DNA of 64,000 nucleotides, taken from positions 18,775-82,774 of the forward strand of contig CALXMN010000002.1 of NCBI GenBank assembly GCA_944389495.1. Direction: 5' to 3'. The position numbers and the translations under genes are program-made. Under the pieces are notes generated by a model. It did no database searches and was not told the DNA's origin. It saw only the letters and a program-made list of their open reading frames with translations. Shown here one piece after another: positions 30,419 through 38,827 of the stretch. Each line of letters begins with the position of its first letter. The stretch's first letter is position 1. Source of the stretch: an uncultured Alphaproteobacteria bacterium. GTDB taxonomy: Bacteria > Pseudomonadota > Alphaproteobacteria > Rs-D84.

Positions 30419-30799
30419 ATGTGGGGTTTTCAATTGGTAAGTGTAAATAAAGATTCGTCGGATTTTACGTTGGCGGTGGCAAATTTGGCCGCGGCCGCAA
30501 TTGCCGCAAATCCAAAGTTAACAATGGAACAGGCCGTGCGCAGCGCACGCGAAAGTTTGCGGGGAACCGCATTAACTGCAACGCAAATTGCCGCGTCTGT
30601 GCGACCAGATAAAATCCAGTGTTTCGAAGACGGAACCTGGCACGTTATGCTGCGGCGATATGTGCGGCGAAAATTTAATATGACGCCAGAACAGTACAGA
30701 GCAAAATGGGGCTTGGCAGATGATTATCCGTTTGTGGCACCGAATTATTCTGTGCGACGTTCAAAAATTGCAAAAAAATCTGGATTGGGTAAAAAATAA
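30419..30799 (+). CDS. mucR: Ros/MucR-family transcriptional regulator
   Basis: C-terminal TPEQYRAKWGLADDYPFVAPNYSVRRSKIAKKSGLGKK is the Ros/MucR signature. The zinc-ligand region (IQCFEDGTWHVMLRRYVRRKF) keeps only part of the Cys/His set. An alternative ATG lies at 30371. The long track ORF from 30053 is an upstream extension antisense to rarA. Confidence 0.75.
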   Translation: MWGFQLVSVNKDSSDFTLAVANLAAAAIAANPKLTMEQAVRSARESLRGTALTATQIAASVRPDKIQCFEDGTWHVMLRRYVRRKFNMTPEQYRAKWGLADDYPFVAPNYSVRRSKIAKKSGLGKK

Positions 30800-30810
30800 A
30801 AAGGGCAATT

Positions 30811-32757
30811 ATGTCTGAAAATTTTAGAAAGATTGTCGCAACGCCGGAACAGGCCGCAAAAAAACTGCGTCAGATAATAGAAAATAAAAGACCAAGCGAA
30901 TATGTTCGGGAACGCAGACGTGAAAAAAATGATGCGGGAATTAAACAAGAAAATCCGGAATTACGTGATGCGGCCGCTATATTTGGCCTGAATGTGGCCA
31001 AGTGGTCGGCGTGGCTGGCCGCGGGGGGAAGTCAATTTTTGTTAACCCTGGCACGGTGGTTGACGATGGATAATCAATTCTTGCGCAAAATGGAAAATAA
31101 ATTTGCCATTATGAATGTGGGTAAAAATAGGCGTGGTAAACCGAAAAAATTATCGTCGTTTGCAAAAAAATATCCTAATTTGTCGGCGCATATTTTGTGG
31201 TTGGTGGGACTGTCGGCGGTGTCGGGTGGTGCATATGTTGTGGCAGAATATGGACCCGATGTGGTGCGCACAGTAAAAGAACAACGTGCAAATCGTGCCG
31301 CAGAACGAGAGGCAGAGAATCAAGCACGTGGAACATATCGGGCGTTTTTGAATAAAATGCGGCCAATAACACCATTTTTAATCGCCGATTTAATTGCCAA
31401 AGAGGGTGTACACGTTGATAAAGAAACTGGTCTGCATACACCGTATCGTGATTCACGAGAGATTCCAACAATTGGCTTTGGGTCAACAATGCTTAAAGAT
31501 GGCAGTAGGGTTACAATGGATACACCGCCCATCACCACAGAAGAAGCATACGAATTGGCGCGGTGGCATCTGGAGGAGGGCGAAACATATTTCGTGTTGT
31601 ATTGTTATGATGTTGCCCAGGATAACGTTGATATTCAATCAACCAGTGAGGCACTGGGGCTTAGTTCCATTGTGTATAATTCTTATTCTAAATTAATAGA
31701 AAACCCGAGTGATAAAAACCATAGAGAACGTTTTAATGTCTTGCGTGATTTGTATGACGCATATGGGTATGCGGTGCCGGACAGTTTGGTGCAACAATGT
31801 TTTGCAGAATATCCTGTGCGTGATGTAACCAGTTTTGGTAACGCGTGGCTGAATAGCGGTGATATTAATGAAATGGCCGATAAATTGGGGGGATTCTTGG
31901 CCGGGGGACGTGGGCTGTATTGGCGGCGCTGGTTAGAGGCGGGCTTGTTAACCGGGGAAATTACACCCCAGATGTTATTAAATTGTCCGGTAAATGGTGT
32001 TTATGAATTTTTTTGCGTTATGGGACAGGAAAGAAGCGCGTTCTTTACCGGCGATATTAATAATCGACGGGTAAATAAACATACGTTTGACGAGTTTAAA
32101 AAATGGTTGGCCAATCCTGTGAATGCCCAGGGGCAAAGTTTGAAAAACTGGCGCAGGGTGGGCGATTATTTACCGCCGGATATATTGGCGTTCTGTCAAA
32201 ACGGAAAATGCGAGTTGAATAACAAGGGGTTTGAAAAAATAACGCGTGCCCACAGTGCCGTTGCCGTTAAAACATATACATTGGGTTATGATGCACAATA
32301 TAAAAAGGCAATTTCTGCATACAAAACCGGCGATTATCGTGCAGCCGTGGCACAGTTTGAAACAATGATTAATTTATATCCAGATAATGCATTATTGCAT
32401 AATGACTTGGCGGCATCGTATAACAAACTGGGGCGTTATGAAGATGCGATAAGGCAGGCGCGTGAAATACTGCACCGGATTGGTGATAAGAGTCAATATG
32501 CCGCCGCACAATATAATGCCGGTTTTGCGTATGAGCAATTGGGCGATTTAACACGTGCTTTGGCAAATTATAAGTTGGCCGTTACAAATGGTAATTTGAT
32601 CGTACGTGATGACGTTTTGCGCGTACAAAAGAAAATAAAATCTGGAAAAACGATTTCGTTTTATGATGCTGCAAAAAAGATGAATGCAGATGATGCGATC
32701 GGGCGTGTGGATAATATAAAACAGGACCAGATAAAAAATAACGAATATTCTGCATAA
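30811..32757 (+). CDS. Membrane-anchored lysozyme-like (GH24 phage-type muramidase fold) protein with C-terminal TPR repeats
   Basis: Internal TM (HILWLVGLSAVSGGAYVV). A GH24-like segment follows: KEGVHVDKETGLHTPYRDSREIPTIGFGST...ITTEEAYELARWHL. The C-terminus carries TPR-like repeats (AISAYKTGDYRAAVAQFE...; YNAGFAYEQLGDLTRALANYKLA). Confidence 0.5.
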   Translation: MSENFRKIVATPEQAAKKLRQIIENKRPSEYVRERRREKNDAGIKQENPELRDAAAIFGLNVAKWSAWLAAGGSQFLLTLARWLTMDNQFLRKMENKFAIMNVGKNRRGKPKKLSSFAKKYPNLSAHILWLVGLSAVSGGAYVVAEYGPDVVRTVKEQRANRAAEREAENQARGTYRAFLNKMRPITPFLIADLIAKEGVHVDKETGLHTPYRDSREIPTIGFGSTMLKDGSRVTMDTPPITTEEAYELARWHLEEGETYFVLYCYDVAQDNVDIQSTSEALGLSSIVYNSYSKLIENPSDKNHRERFNVLRDLYDAYGYAVPDSLVQQCFAEYPVRDVTSFGNAWLNSGDINEMADKLGGFLAGGRGLYWRRWLEAGLLTGEITPQMLLNCPVNGVYEFFCVMGQERSAFFTGDINNRRVNKHTFDEFKKWLANPVNAQGQSLKNWRRVGDYLPPDILAFCQNGKCELNNKGFEKITRAHSAVAVKTYTLGYDAQYKKAISAYKTGDYRAAVAQFETMINLYPDNALLHNDLAASYNKLGRYEDAIRQAREILHRIGDKSQYAAAQYNAGFAYEQLGDLTRALANYKLAVTNGNLIVRDDVLRVQKKIKSGKTISFYDAAKKMNADDAIGRVDNIKQDQIKNNEYSA

Positions 32758-32776
32758 TAAAATTTGGTGAATTAAT

Positions 32777-34783
32777 ATGAAGGTATATATAAATTATAAT
32801 GATGCGCGGTGGCGGAAATATAAAATCGATTTCGAACAAATTGCAAGTGCGGCAGCCAAAAATCTGGGATCCGATGCCGAGGTTTCAATTGTTCTGACAA
32901 ATGATTCAGAAATTCACAGATTAAATCGTGAATACCGTAACATAGATAAACCAACAAATGTTTTATCGTTCGAATTGGATGATGATATTTTGTTGGGTGA
33001 TATTTATATTTCTTTGGATACGGCCCAGGCCGAGGCAGATGCGGAAAATATATCACTGGCCGATCACGTGGCACATTTGGTGGTGCACGGTATGTTGCAT
33101 CTGCAGGGGTATGATCATATTCGCGACAGTGATGCAATTGTTATGGAAAAGGCCGAGGTTGATATTTTAAAAACATTGGGGATAAAAAATCCCTATGTAC
33201 AGGATTCCGGCGTATACAGCGATTTTTCATCTTGTCCAGGCGACAGATTTTTGTCGCGTATTAAACGTATAAATTTTCGTGAAAATGGTTTTTGGCAATA
33301 TGTTGTGATGGCCCTGTTGGGTGGGGTGGGGGCATTGGGATTTGCACCATACCATTTATGGTGGATGACATTGATTTCAATTGTTGCGGTGTATATGTTG
33401 TCTGTGCGGGCGGCGTCGCGACGACCCGGTATGATTGGTGCCTTTCTGCGTGTTTTACCTTTTTCTGCGGTATATGCCGTTGCGATGTTTTGGTGGGTGA
33501 CGCATTCTATATATGTGGTACCCGAATTAACAAGTCAATTTGCAATATGGACCATTCCTGCATTAATTGGTATAGGTATTGTTGGGGGAATCGTCTTTGC
33601 AATTCCGTTTGTTGTGATTATGCGTATGTGCACGTTTCCGCCGTGTAGACCGTTTTTATTTGCTGCAATGTGGACATTGGTTTTGTGGTTGCGCGAATGG
33701 GTGTTTACGGGGTTCCCGTGGAATCCAATCGCAAATATTACGTTAACTGTGCCGGTAATTTCTAATTCAATGGCTTTGTGGGGGGCACTGGGGTTAACGT
33801 TTGTTGTTATTGGTTTTATGGCGGCATTTTCAGAGTTATTAATGGCGCGAAAAAATAAATATAATTGGATAGTTCTTGGTGTGTTTGCGATTTTGCTGGT
33901 TATTGGTATGATTGCAGGATACAGAAATATTCAATTTGCCCATCTTGTAAATAATGGGACAAGTCCGGTTATTCGTATTGTTCAGCCCGCACAATCGCAA
34001 TCACAAAAAATTGGGGCAACGCGTGCGGATGCCGTTCGTGTCGCAAGTGAAAATGTCCGGAACTTGATTAATTTGGCAAGCGCGCCGGGAAATCCGAATA
34101 TCGTTGTATTTCCAGAAACATCGTACCCATTTGCAATTGTGGATAATGATAATATGCCAATTGCAAATGTGTTGCGACGTAATGTTATAATTGGGGCAAA
34201 TTATTTTTCAGATGGTAAATTATATAATTCTATGGTTGTTGCCGGAACAGATGGCGAAATTGAAAAGATATACAGTAAATCGCATTTGGTCCCGTTTGGG
34301 GAATACAGACCGTTTGGAGATATTATACCCACCCCCGGACAATTGGAGGCCGGCACAGGGGCAGAAATTATTAATGTTGATGGTTTTTCATTTGCACCGG
34401 CAATATGTTATGAGATTATTTTTTCAGATTCTTTGGTTCCGGATAACGAAACACCAGATGCGATAATAAATATTACAAATGATACGTGGTTTGGAAACAC
34501 GCCGGGAACATACCAGCATTTGGATATGGTGCGCCGCTATGCAATCGAATCGGGTTTGCCAATTGTGCGGGCAAATTATTCTGGCATAAGCGCATTTGTG
34601 TCATCAGATGGTGATGTGTTGACACAGATTCCCGTGGCAAATGTTGGATATATGGATGGGGTTGTTTATGGGGCACATATTACACCATATCGAAAAATTG
34701 GCCGTGATGGATGGATGATAATTATATTGTTGTTTTCGTGTATGTGCACGTTTACGCTGCGTAGAGCGATTTTGCATAAATAA
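32777..34783 (+). CDS. lnt: Single ORF encoding the endoribonuclease YbeY domain (aa 1 to about 150) fused in-frame to apolipoprotein N-acyltransferase Lnt (from about aa 178)
   Basis: The YbeY zinc motif HLVVHGMLHLQGYDH is followed without a stop by the Lnt TM region (LLGGVGALGFAPY...) and the CN-hydrolase domain (VFPETS...; ICYEIIF; NITNDTWFG). A possible internal Lnt start is the ATG at 33308. Confidence 0.75.
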   Translation: MKVYINYNDARWRKYKIDFEQIASAAAKNLGSDAEVSIVLTNDSEIHRLNREYRNIDKPTNVLSFELDDDILLGDIYISLDTAQAEADAENISLADHVAHLVVHGMLHLQGYDHIRDSDAIVMEKAEVDILKTLGIKNPYVQDSGVYSDFSSCPGDRFLSRIKRINFRENGFWQYVVMALLGGVGALGFAPYHLWWMTLISIVAVYMLSVRAASRRPGMIGAFLRVLPFSAVYAVAMFWWVTHSIYVVPELTSQFAIWTIPALIGIGIVGGIVFAIPFVVIMRMCTFPPCRPFLFAAMWTLVLWLREWVFTGFPWNPIANITLTVPVISNSMALWGALGLTFVVIGFMAAFSELLMARKNKYNWIVLGVFAILLVIGMIAGYRNIQFAHLVNNGTSPVIRIVQPAQSQSQKIGATRADAVRVASENVRNLINLASAPGNPNIVVFPETSYPFAIVDNDNMPIANVLRRNVIIGANYFSDGKLYNSMVVAGTDGEIEKIYSKSHLVPFGEYRPFGDIIPTPGQLEAGTGAEIINVDGFSFAPAICYEIIFSDSLVPDNETPDAIINITNDTWFGNTPGTYQHLDMVRRYAIESGLPIVRANYSGISAFVSSDGDVLTQIPVANVGYMDGVVYGAHITPYRKIGRDGWMIIILLFSCMCTFTLRRAILHK

Positions 34784-34790
34784 TTTTATG

Positions 34791-35018
34791 CTATAATTGA
34801 CCAAGTGATTTTTTTAAAATCCATACACGAATCGCAGATGATAAATTTGTGTCAGGTGTGCGGTTGTCATCAATATGCTCGATAATCGATGCAATAGATT
34901 TATGCTCGTTGGCTGCGATTTTTCGTAATTGTTGAATAAATTCGTGCTCCAGCGAAATGCTGGTTTGATGCCCCGATAAAGATACAGAAAGTTTTGTCAT
35001 TCTATAATTTTCCCGCAA
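34791..35018 (-). CDS. Ribbon-helix-helix protein, RHH_4 family
   Basis: The sequence LSVSLSGHQTSISLEHEFIQQLRKIAANEHKSIASIIEHID...NLSSAIRVWIL matches the conserved alphaproteobacterial RHH_4 pattern. It overlaps the upstream gene by 17 nt. Confidence 0.6.
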   Translation of the reverse strand: MRENYRMTKLSVSLSGHQTSISLEHEFIQQLRKIAANEHKSIASIIEHIDDNRTPDTNLSSAIRVWILKKSLGQL

Positions 35019-35436
35019 TTAAACAATCGGACATTGCCTGGTATACGTCTTGGTATGTACGCAATGTTTTTAATGTTGTGTTATCAAGCATTAAAAATTT
35101 ACCAAACGTATCAAATGCAAACCAAAACAGGTCGTTTCGACCAAAAACGGTTTTCCCACGTAACTGGGAAATGCCACTTAAATTACGATTGGCTTGTGCC
35201 AGTGATGGAATTGGATATTTGGCACCACGCGATATTTCGTTTGGACCAAAAATATATCCCGAACCTAAATTTATACCGCCACATCCCAGGTAAAAATCAA
35301 TCAGTGATTTCGGCAGAATTGCCGCACGTATTTGCTGTAAAATGGTGTTTGCAAGTGTAATTTCGCGTTCGGTTGCAGGCGGTGCAATTATCGCACCGCG
35401 TTGTGTCATTGAAGATAAAAATTCTGTACAGTTCAT
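35002..35436 (-). CDS. SUKH/SMI1-KNR4-like protein (immunity-protein fold), tentative
   Basis: LPKSLIDFYLGCGGINLGSGYIFGPNEI and the later FAFDTFGKFLMLDNTT resemble the SMI1/KNR4 core motifs. 144 aa, cytoplasmic. Confidence 0.4.
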   Translation of the reverse strand: MNCTEFLSSMTQRGAIIAPPATEREITLANTILQQIRAAILPKSLIDFYLGCGGINLGSGYIFGPNEISRGAKYPIPSLAQANRNLSGISQLRGKTVFGRNDLFWFAFDTFGKFLMLDNTTLKTLRTYQDVYQAMSDCLIAGKL

Positions 35437-35447
35437 TATGCGTGCTA

Positions 35448-35951
35448 TTACATATTGTGACTGTGTTTGATTTGGGCCGCCATCTGACTTAACCGGTCGT
35501 CGGTTGCATTGCCGCCATCACCACCAGATGCATTATGACTTGGTATATATACTTTTTTTGCCGGATTGGGTAACCATACGGTTGGGGCATCGTGTTGTTC
35601 CGCTATGAATATATCCAGGTTATTGGATTGTGGAAATGTCCAACACATAAATAAATTTTCCGTTTCCAATTTACCACCCCATATTAACGGAATACGAAAA
35701 CGAATCGATGTGTTTCGTGGTAATGCGCGACCCATTATAAGTGCCATAAATTCATCCTGGGTCAGGTTCATAAATGCCAGTTCGTTTACCGAATCTGTTA
35801 ACGATTCCATAAATTCGTGACATAATTTTTTATATCTGGAAAACCAATCAGAATCAACACGGCTGGGGCTTGGGCGGAATTCCATTACCGGCATATCGCC
35901 CATATTCATATTGGCCAATCGTGTCTGGGCAGATTCAAGATTCAGTTGCAT
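35448..35951 (-). CDS. Hypothetical protein (167 aa), no recognisable family
   Basis: The start codon overlaps the stop of the upstream gene by 1 nt, and 11 nt separate it from the downstream gene, so it is an operon member. Confidence 0.4.
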   Translation of the reverse strand: MQLNLESAQTRLANMNMGDMPVMEFRPSPSRVDSDWFSRYKKLCHEFMESLTDSVNELAFMNLTQDEFMALIMGRALPRNTSIRFRIPLIWGGKLETENLFMCWTFPQSNNLDIFIAEQHDAPTVWLPNPAKKVYIPSHNASGGDGGNATDDRLSQMAAQIKHSHNM

Positions 35952-36880
35952 CAGATTTTGCCTATGTGTGTTATGACGGCGTCAATGTATTGTGAATACG
36001 CGTCGAACATTCCGTCGTCGTCCGCCGCCAATGGTGGGTTTGGATTTTGTCGGATATATTCGCGAACCTGATCAATGCTGTTAAACATCATTATATCTGT
36101 GAATTCAGATGTTGGCGCATCGGGCGCATTTATGACAAAACCGTTTATTTCTATGCTTGTTTCGTCCAATGTGTCGGAAAATATCTGTTGAAATTTTTCA
36201 ATGATTGTACGTACATCAGTCGTTTTAAGCCCAACGCATCCAATCCACATCGTTTCATTTGCACCAATTGCAATTAATGTCGTTTGTAATGTGCCAATTC
36301 GTGGATTGGGCTTTACAGTGTATCCCGCGGCAATGAATATTTCGCGCAAGGCCGCGGCATCTGCGTCAATGTTATTTGATTGGGGGGGCGGTGATGATGA
36401 TATTCTTTGTGTCGGTTGTGATGATGTATAATTGCCGTTCAAAGTTGGTAATACCAAACGAGGTGGCCGAGCGTTGGCGCCCGGGATAGTCTTTGGGGCC
36501 GATGTTTGTGCCGGGGGTAATTCGGCGGGTAATATATCCAATGTTGACGCGTCGGGGTTTTGGGGTGTGATTGACGGATTGTCGGTGGTTTCCTTGTTAA
36601 TAATATTGGATACGTGCATAATCGGAAGGCGTATTTTTCGCATACGTGGACGCAATATCAGGTACAGACCAAATATTGTTATAAAAATTGTTGTTGCCAC
36701 AGATATGTAAAATCCCGTCTTGATAGGCGTACGTGCGGCCTGCATCGATGCGACATACCCCCAATGTGATGCGGAAAATATGTCAAAACCGAATACCGTA
36801 TTAAACCAAAAGCAGGCACCCAATGTTACGGCCAGTAACCATAATATGCACAATAATATATTATCAAAACGTATTCTCAT
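35951..36880 (-). CDS. Membrane protein: two N-terminal TMs, a Pro/Ser/Thr-rich linker and a C-terminal globular domain of unknown function
   Basis: TMs at about aa 7-26 and 56-76, a low-complexity PxxP/S-rich region at aa 100-180, and a C-terminal domain of about 130 aa. It is the first gene of the minus-strand operon. Confidence 0.5.
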   Translation of the reverse strand: MRIRFDNILLCILWLLAVTLGACFWFNTVFGFDIFSASHWGYVASMQAARTPIKTGFYISVATTIFITIFGLYLILRPRMRKIRLPIMHVSNIINKETTDNPSITPQNPDASTLDILPAELPPAQTSAPKTIPGANARPPRLVLPTLNGNYTSSQPTQRISSSPPPQSNNIDADAAALREIFIAAGYTVKPNPRIGTLQTTLIAIGANETMWIGCVGLKTTDVRTIIEKFQQIFSDTLDETSIEINGFVINAPDAPTSEFTDIMMFNSIDQVREYIRQNPNPPLAADDDGMFDAYSQYIDAVITHIGKI

Positions 36881-36923
36881 TTGATTTCAATTATATCATA
36901 TTTGTGATAAAGTAAAAAGTGCA

Positions 36924-37601
36924 ATGATTGATGTGGATAATATTCTTGAAGTTTTTTCTGGTGGGGCACTGTGGTGCGGGGCGGGCGATGATGCAACTGA
37001 TTTGGCCCAGGCCGCATCAATCGCGTTGGAACGCGGAATAAATACTATATCGGTGGTGCCGGGGGCGGTTGGTATTTTGTGGCCGTGGCTGGAAAATAAA
37101 AATGTACGAATATTGGCGCGGTTTTATCTTAAAAGCGCGGATGTTGCAAATATATCTGATATGGTGGAAAGTATAAATCAGACATTTAAACAGGGGGCGG
37201 ATGGGGCACAAATATTTGTCGATGTACGTGATTTGGACGGGTTCGTTTCACAGTTATATTTAATACGTGATGATCTGTTTTTTAATAAAACGCTTTTTGT
37301 CGGAATGAATATAAGTGAAATAGGGCCGTTTGATTGGCCCCGGATATATGCCGCGTTAAATAAATTGCGGGCGACGGGATTGATATTGGCAATGGTGCGC
37401 GATGATGGTAATGCGTCCGATTTCGTCGGACGGGTATATGCCGCATTGAATGATTGGAAAACAGATTTTGATATGGAATTGGATTTTATCGTTGGAAAAA
37501 ATTTATCAAGAATAGAACAGGTGCAACGTTTAATCCAATCAATGTGTCCAGAATTGGCGTCGCGTGTAAGATTTTTTATTAATCCCCAGACGCGCGGATA
37601 A
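36924..37601 (+). CDS. Hypothetical protein (225 aa); weak resemblance to a DeoC-type aldolase TIM barrel without the Schiff-base Lys
   Basis: Divergent from 35951..36880 with only 43 bp between the start codons. The segment GINTISVVPGAVGILW...QGADGAQIFVDV is loosely DeoC-like. Confidence 0.4.
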   Translation: MIDVDNILEVFSGGALWCGAGDDATDLAQAASIALERGINTISVVPGAVGILWPWLENKNVRILARFYLKSADVANISDMVESINQTFKQGADGAQIFVDVRDLDGFVSQLYLIRDDLFFNKTLFVGMNISEIGPFDWPRIYAALNKLRATGLILAMVRDDGNASDFVGRVYAALNDWKTDFDMELDFIVGKNLSRIEQVQRLIQSMCPELASRVRFFINPQTRG

Positions 37602-38220
37602 TCATATATTTCGGTGTCGTTGTGCCGGCCTTGTTCTTTTGTTGATAGCGTGTGTGAATTGTCTGTATGTCGGGCGTATGTGCATCCAGCGCGGTTTTTG
37701 TTACCTGGTTTTGAATCCATTCAAAATATTCCCAGTGGTCTGTGCCAATTATAATTTCGCCGGATTTGGTTAAATGTGATGCCAACATTTTTATAAAATC
37801 GGCTTGTAATAAACGACGTTTTTCGTGTCGTGACTTGGGCCAGGGGTCGGGATGCAGAATCCAAATTTGTTCAAATTTCGAATCGGTTTGGCGTAAAAAA
37901 TCACGTACGTCATCGGCAAAAATTCTGATGTTTTTATATTCGTTGCGAATCGCACCTGTGTCATCCGTTATGGCGGACAACAGTGATGCAACACCGTTCA
38001 TAAATGGTTCTGCACCAATCACTGTTTTATCCGGGTTTTGCCGGGCAATTTCACGTAAATGTTCGCCCGCACCAAAACCAATTTCCAATATTTTACCGGT
38101 TTTTCCCGGTAAATCATTTGGAAAAATTGTCGGTAAAATGGCGTCAATCAGCATCGTTTGACGGGCGGACAGTTTCTTGCCGTGACGGCGGCCAAATGTT
38201 CTTATTTCTTGTTTTTCCAT
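37579..38220 (-). CDS. trmB: tRNA (guanine46-N7)-methyltransferase
   Basis: The SAM-binding ILEIGFGAGEHL motif, and a TrmB-like length and C-terminus. Confidence 0.85.
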   Translation of the reverse strand: MEKQEIRTFGRRHGKKLSARQTMLIDAILPTIFPNDLPGKTGKILEIGFGAGEHLREIARQNPDKTVIGAEPFMNGVASLLSAITDDTGAIRNEYKNIRIFADDVRDFLRQTDSKFEQIWILHPDPWPKSRHEKRRLLQADFIKMLASHLTKSGEIIIGTDHWEYFEWIQNQVTKTALDAHTPDIQTIHTRYQQKNKAGTTTPKYMIIRASGD

Positions 38221-38266
38221 ATATTTAGTATAAAATTCAAAAGTTAAGAAAACAAGAGTTTATAAA

Positions 38267-38827
38267 ATGACCGATTTTCCAAAAGTTATTAAATGTGATG
38301 ATTTTGTGTTGGAAAAAATTATACCGTCATTTGATAATGCACGTAAAATTTTTGAAATCGTTGATTCTCAGCGTGAATTTTTGTCTGAATTTTTGGATTG
38401 GGTCGATGTATCAAATTGTCCAGAAGATATGTATATGCATATGTACAAGGTATCCAAGGCCGATAATGGTTCTTATTATATCATTTATAATGGCGACATA
38501 GTGGGCAATGCCGGGGTTGATATAAGTTCCAAGAAAAATAAAATTGCAGAAATTGCGTATTGGTTATCGCGTGATTATAATGGGCGCGGAATAATGACGC
38601 GTGCCGTGCGTGCACTGGAAAATTTTGCCTTTGAAAATATGGATGTTAACAGAATAGAAATTATTATGGATGTTAAAAATGTGCGCAGTTCCGCCGTTGC
38701 AAAGCGTTGTGGATATGTTTGCGAAGGTGTGCGTCGCAAGAGTTATATGTTTCGTGGCGAATTGTGCGATGTGTTTACATATTCAAAATTAAAATCAGAA
38801 TGGGAAAAGGAAAATAAAAATGCGTAA
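38267..38827 (+). CDS. GNAT-family N-acetyltransferase (RimJ/RimL-like)
   Basis: Acetyl-CoA-binding motif (RDYNGRGIMTRAVRAL) and the GNAT fold pattern. 186 aa. Confidence 0.75.
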   Translation: MTDFPKVIKCDDFVLEKIIPSFDNARKIFEIVDSQREFLSEFLDWVDVSNCPEDMYMHMYKVSKADNGSYYIIYNGDIVGNAGVDISSKKNKIAEIAYWLSRDYNGRGIMTRAVRALENFAFENMDVNRIEIIMDVKNVRSSAVAKRCGYVCEGVRRKSYMFRGELCDVFTYSKLKSEWEKENKNA

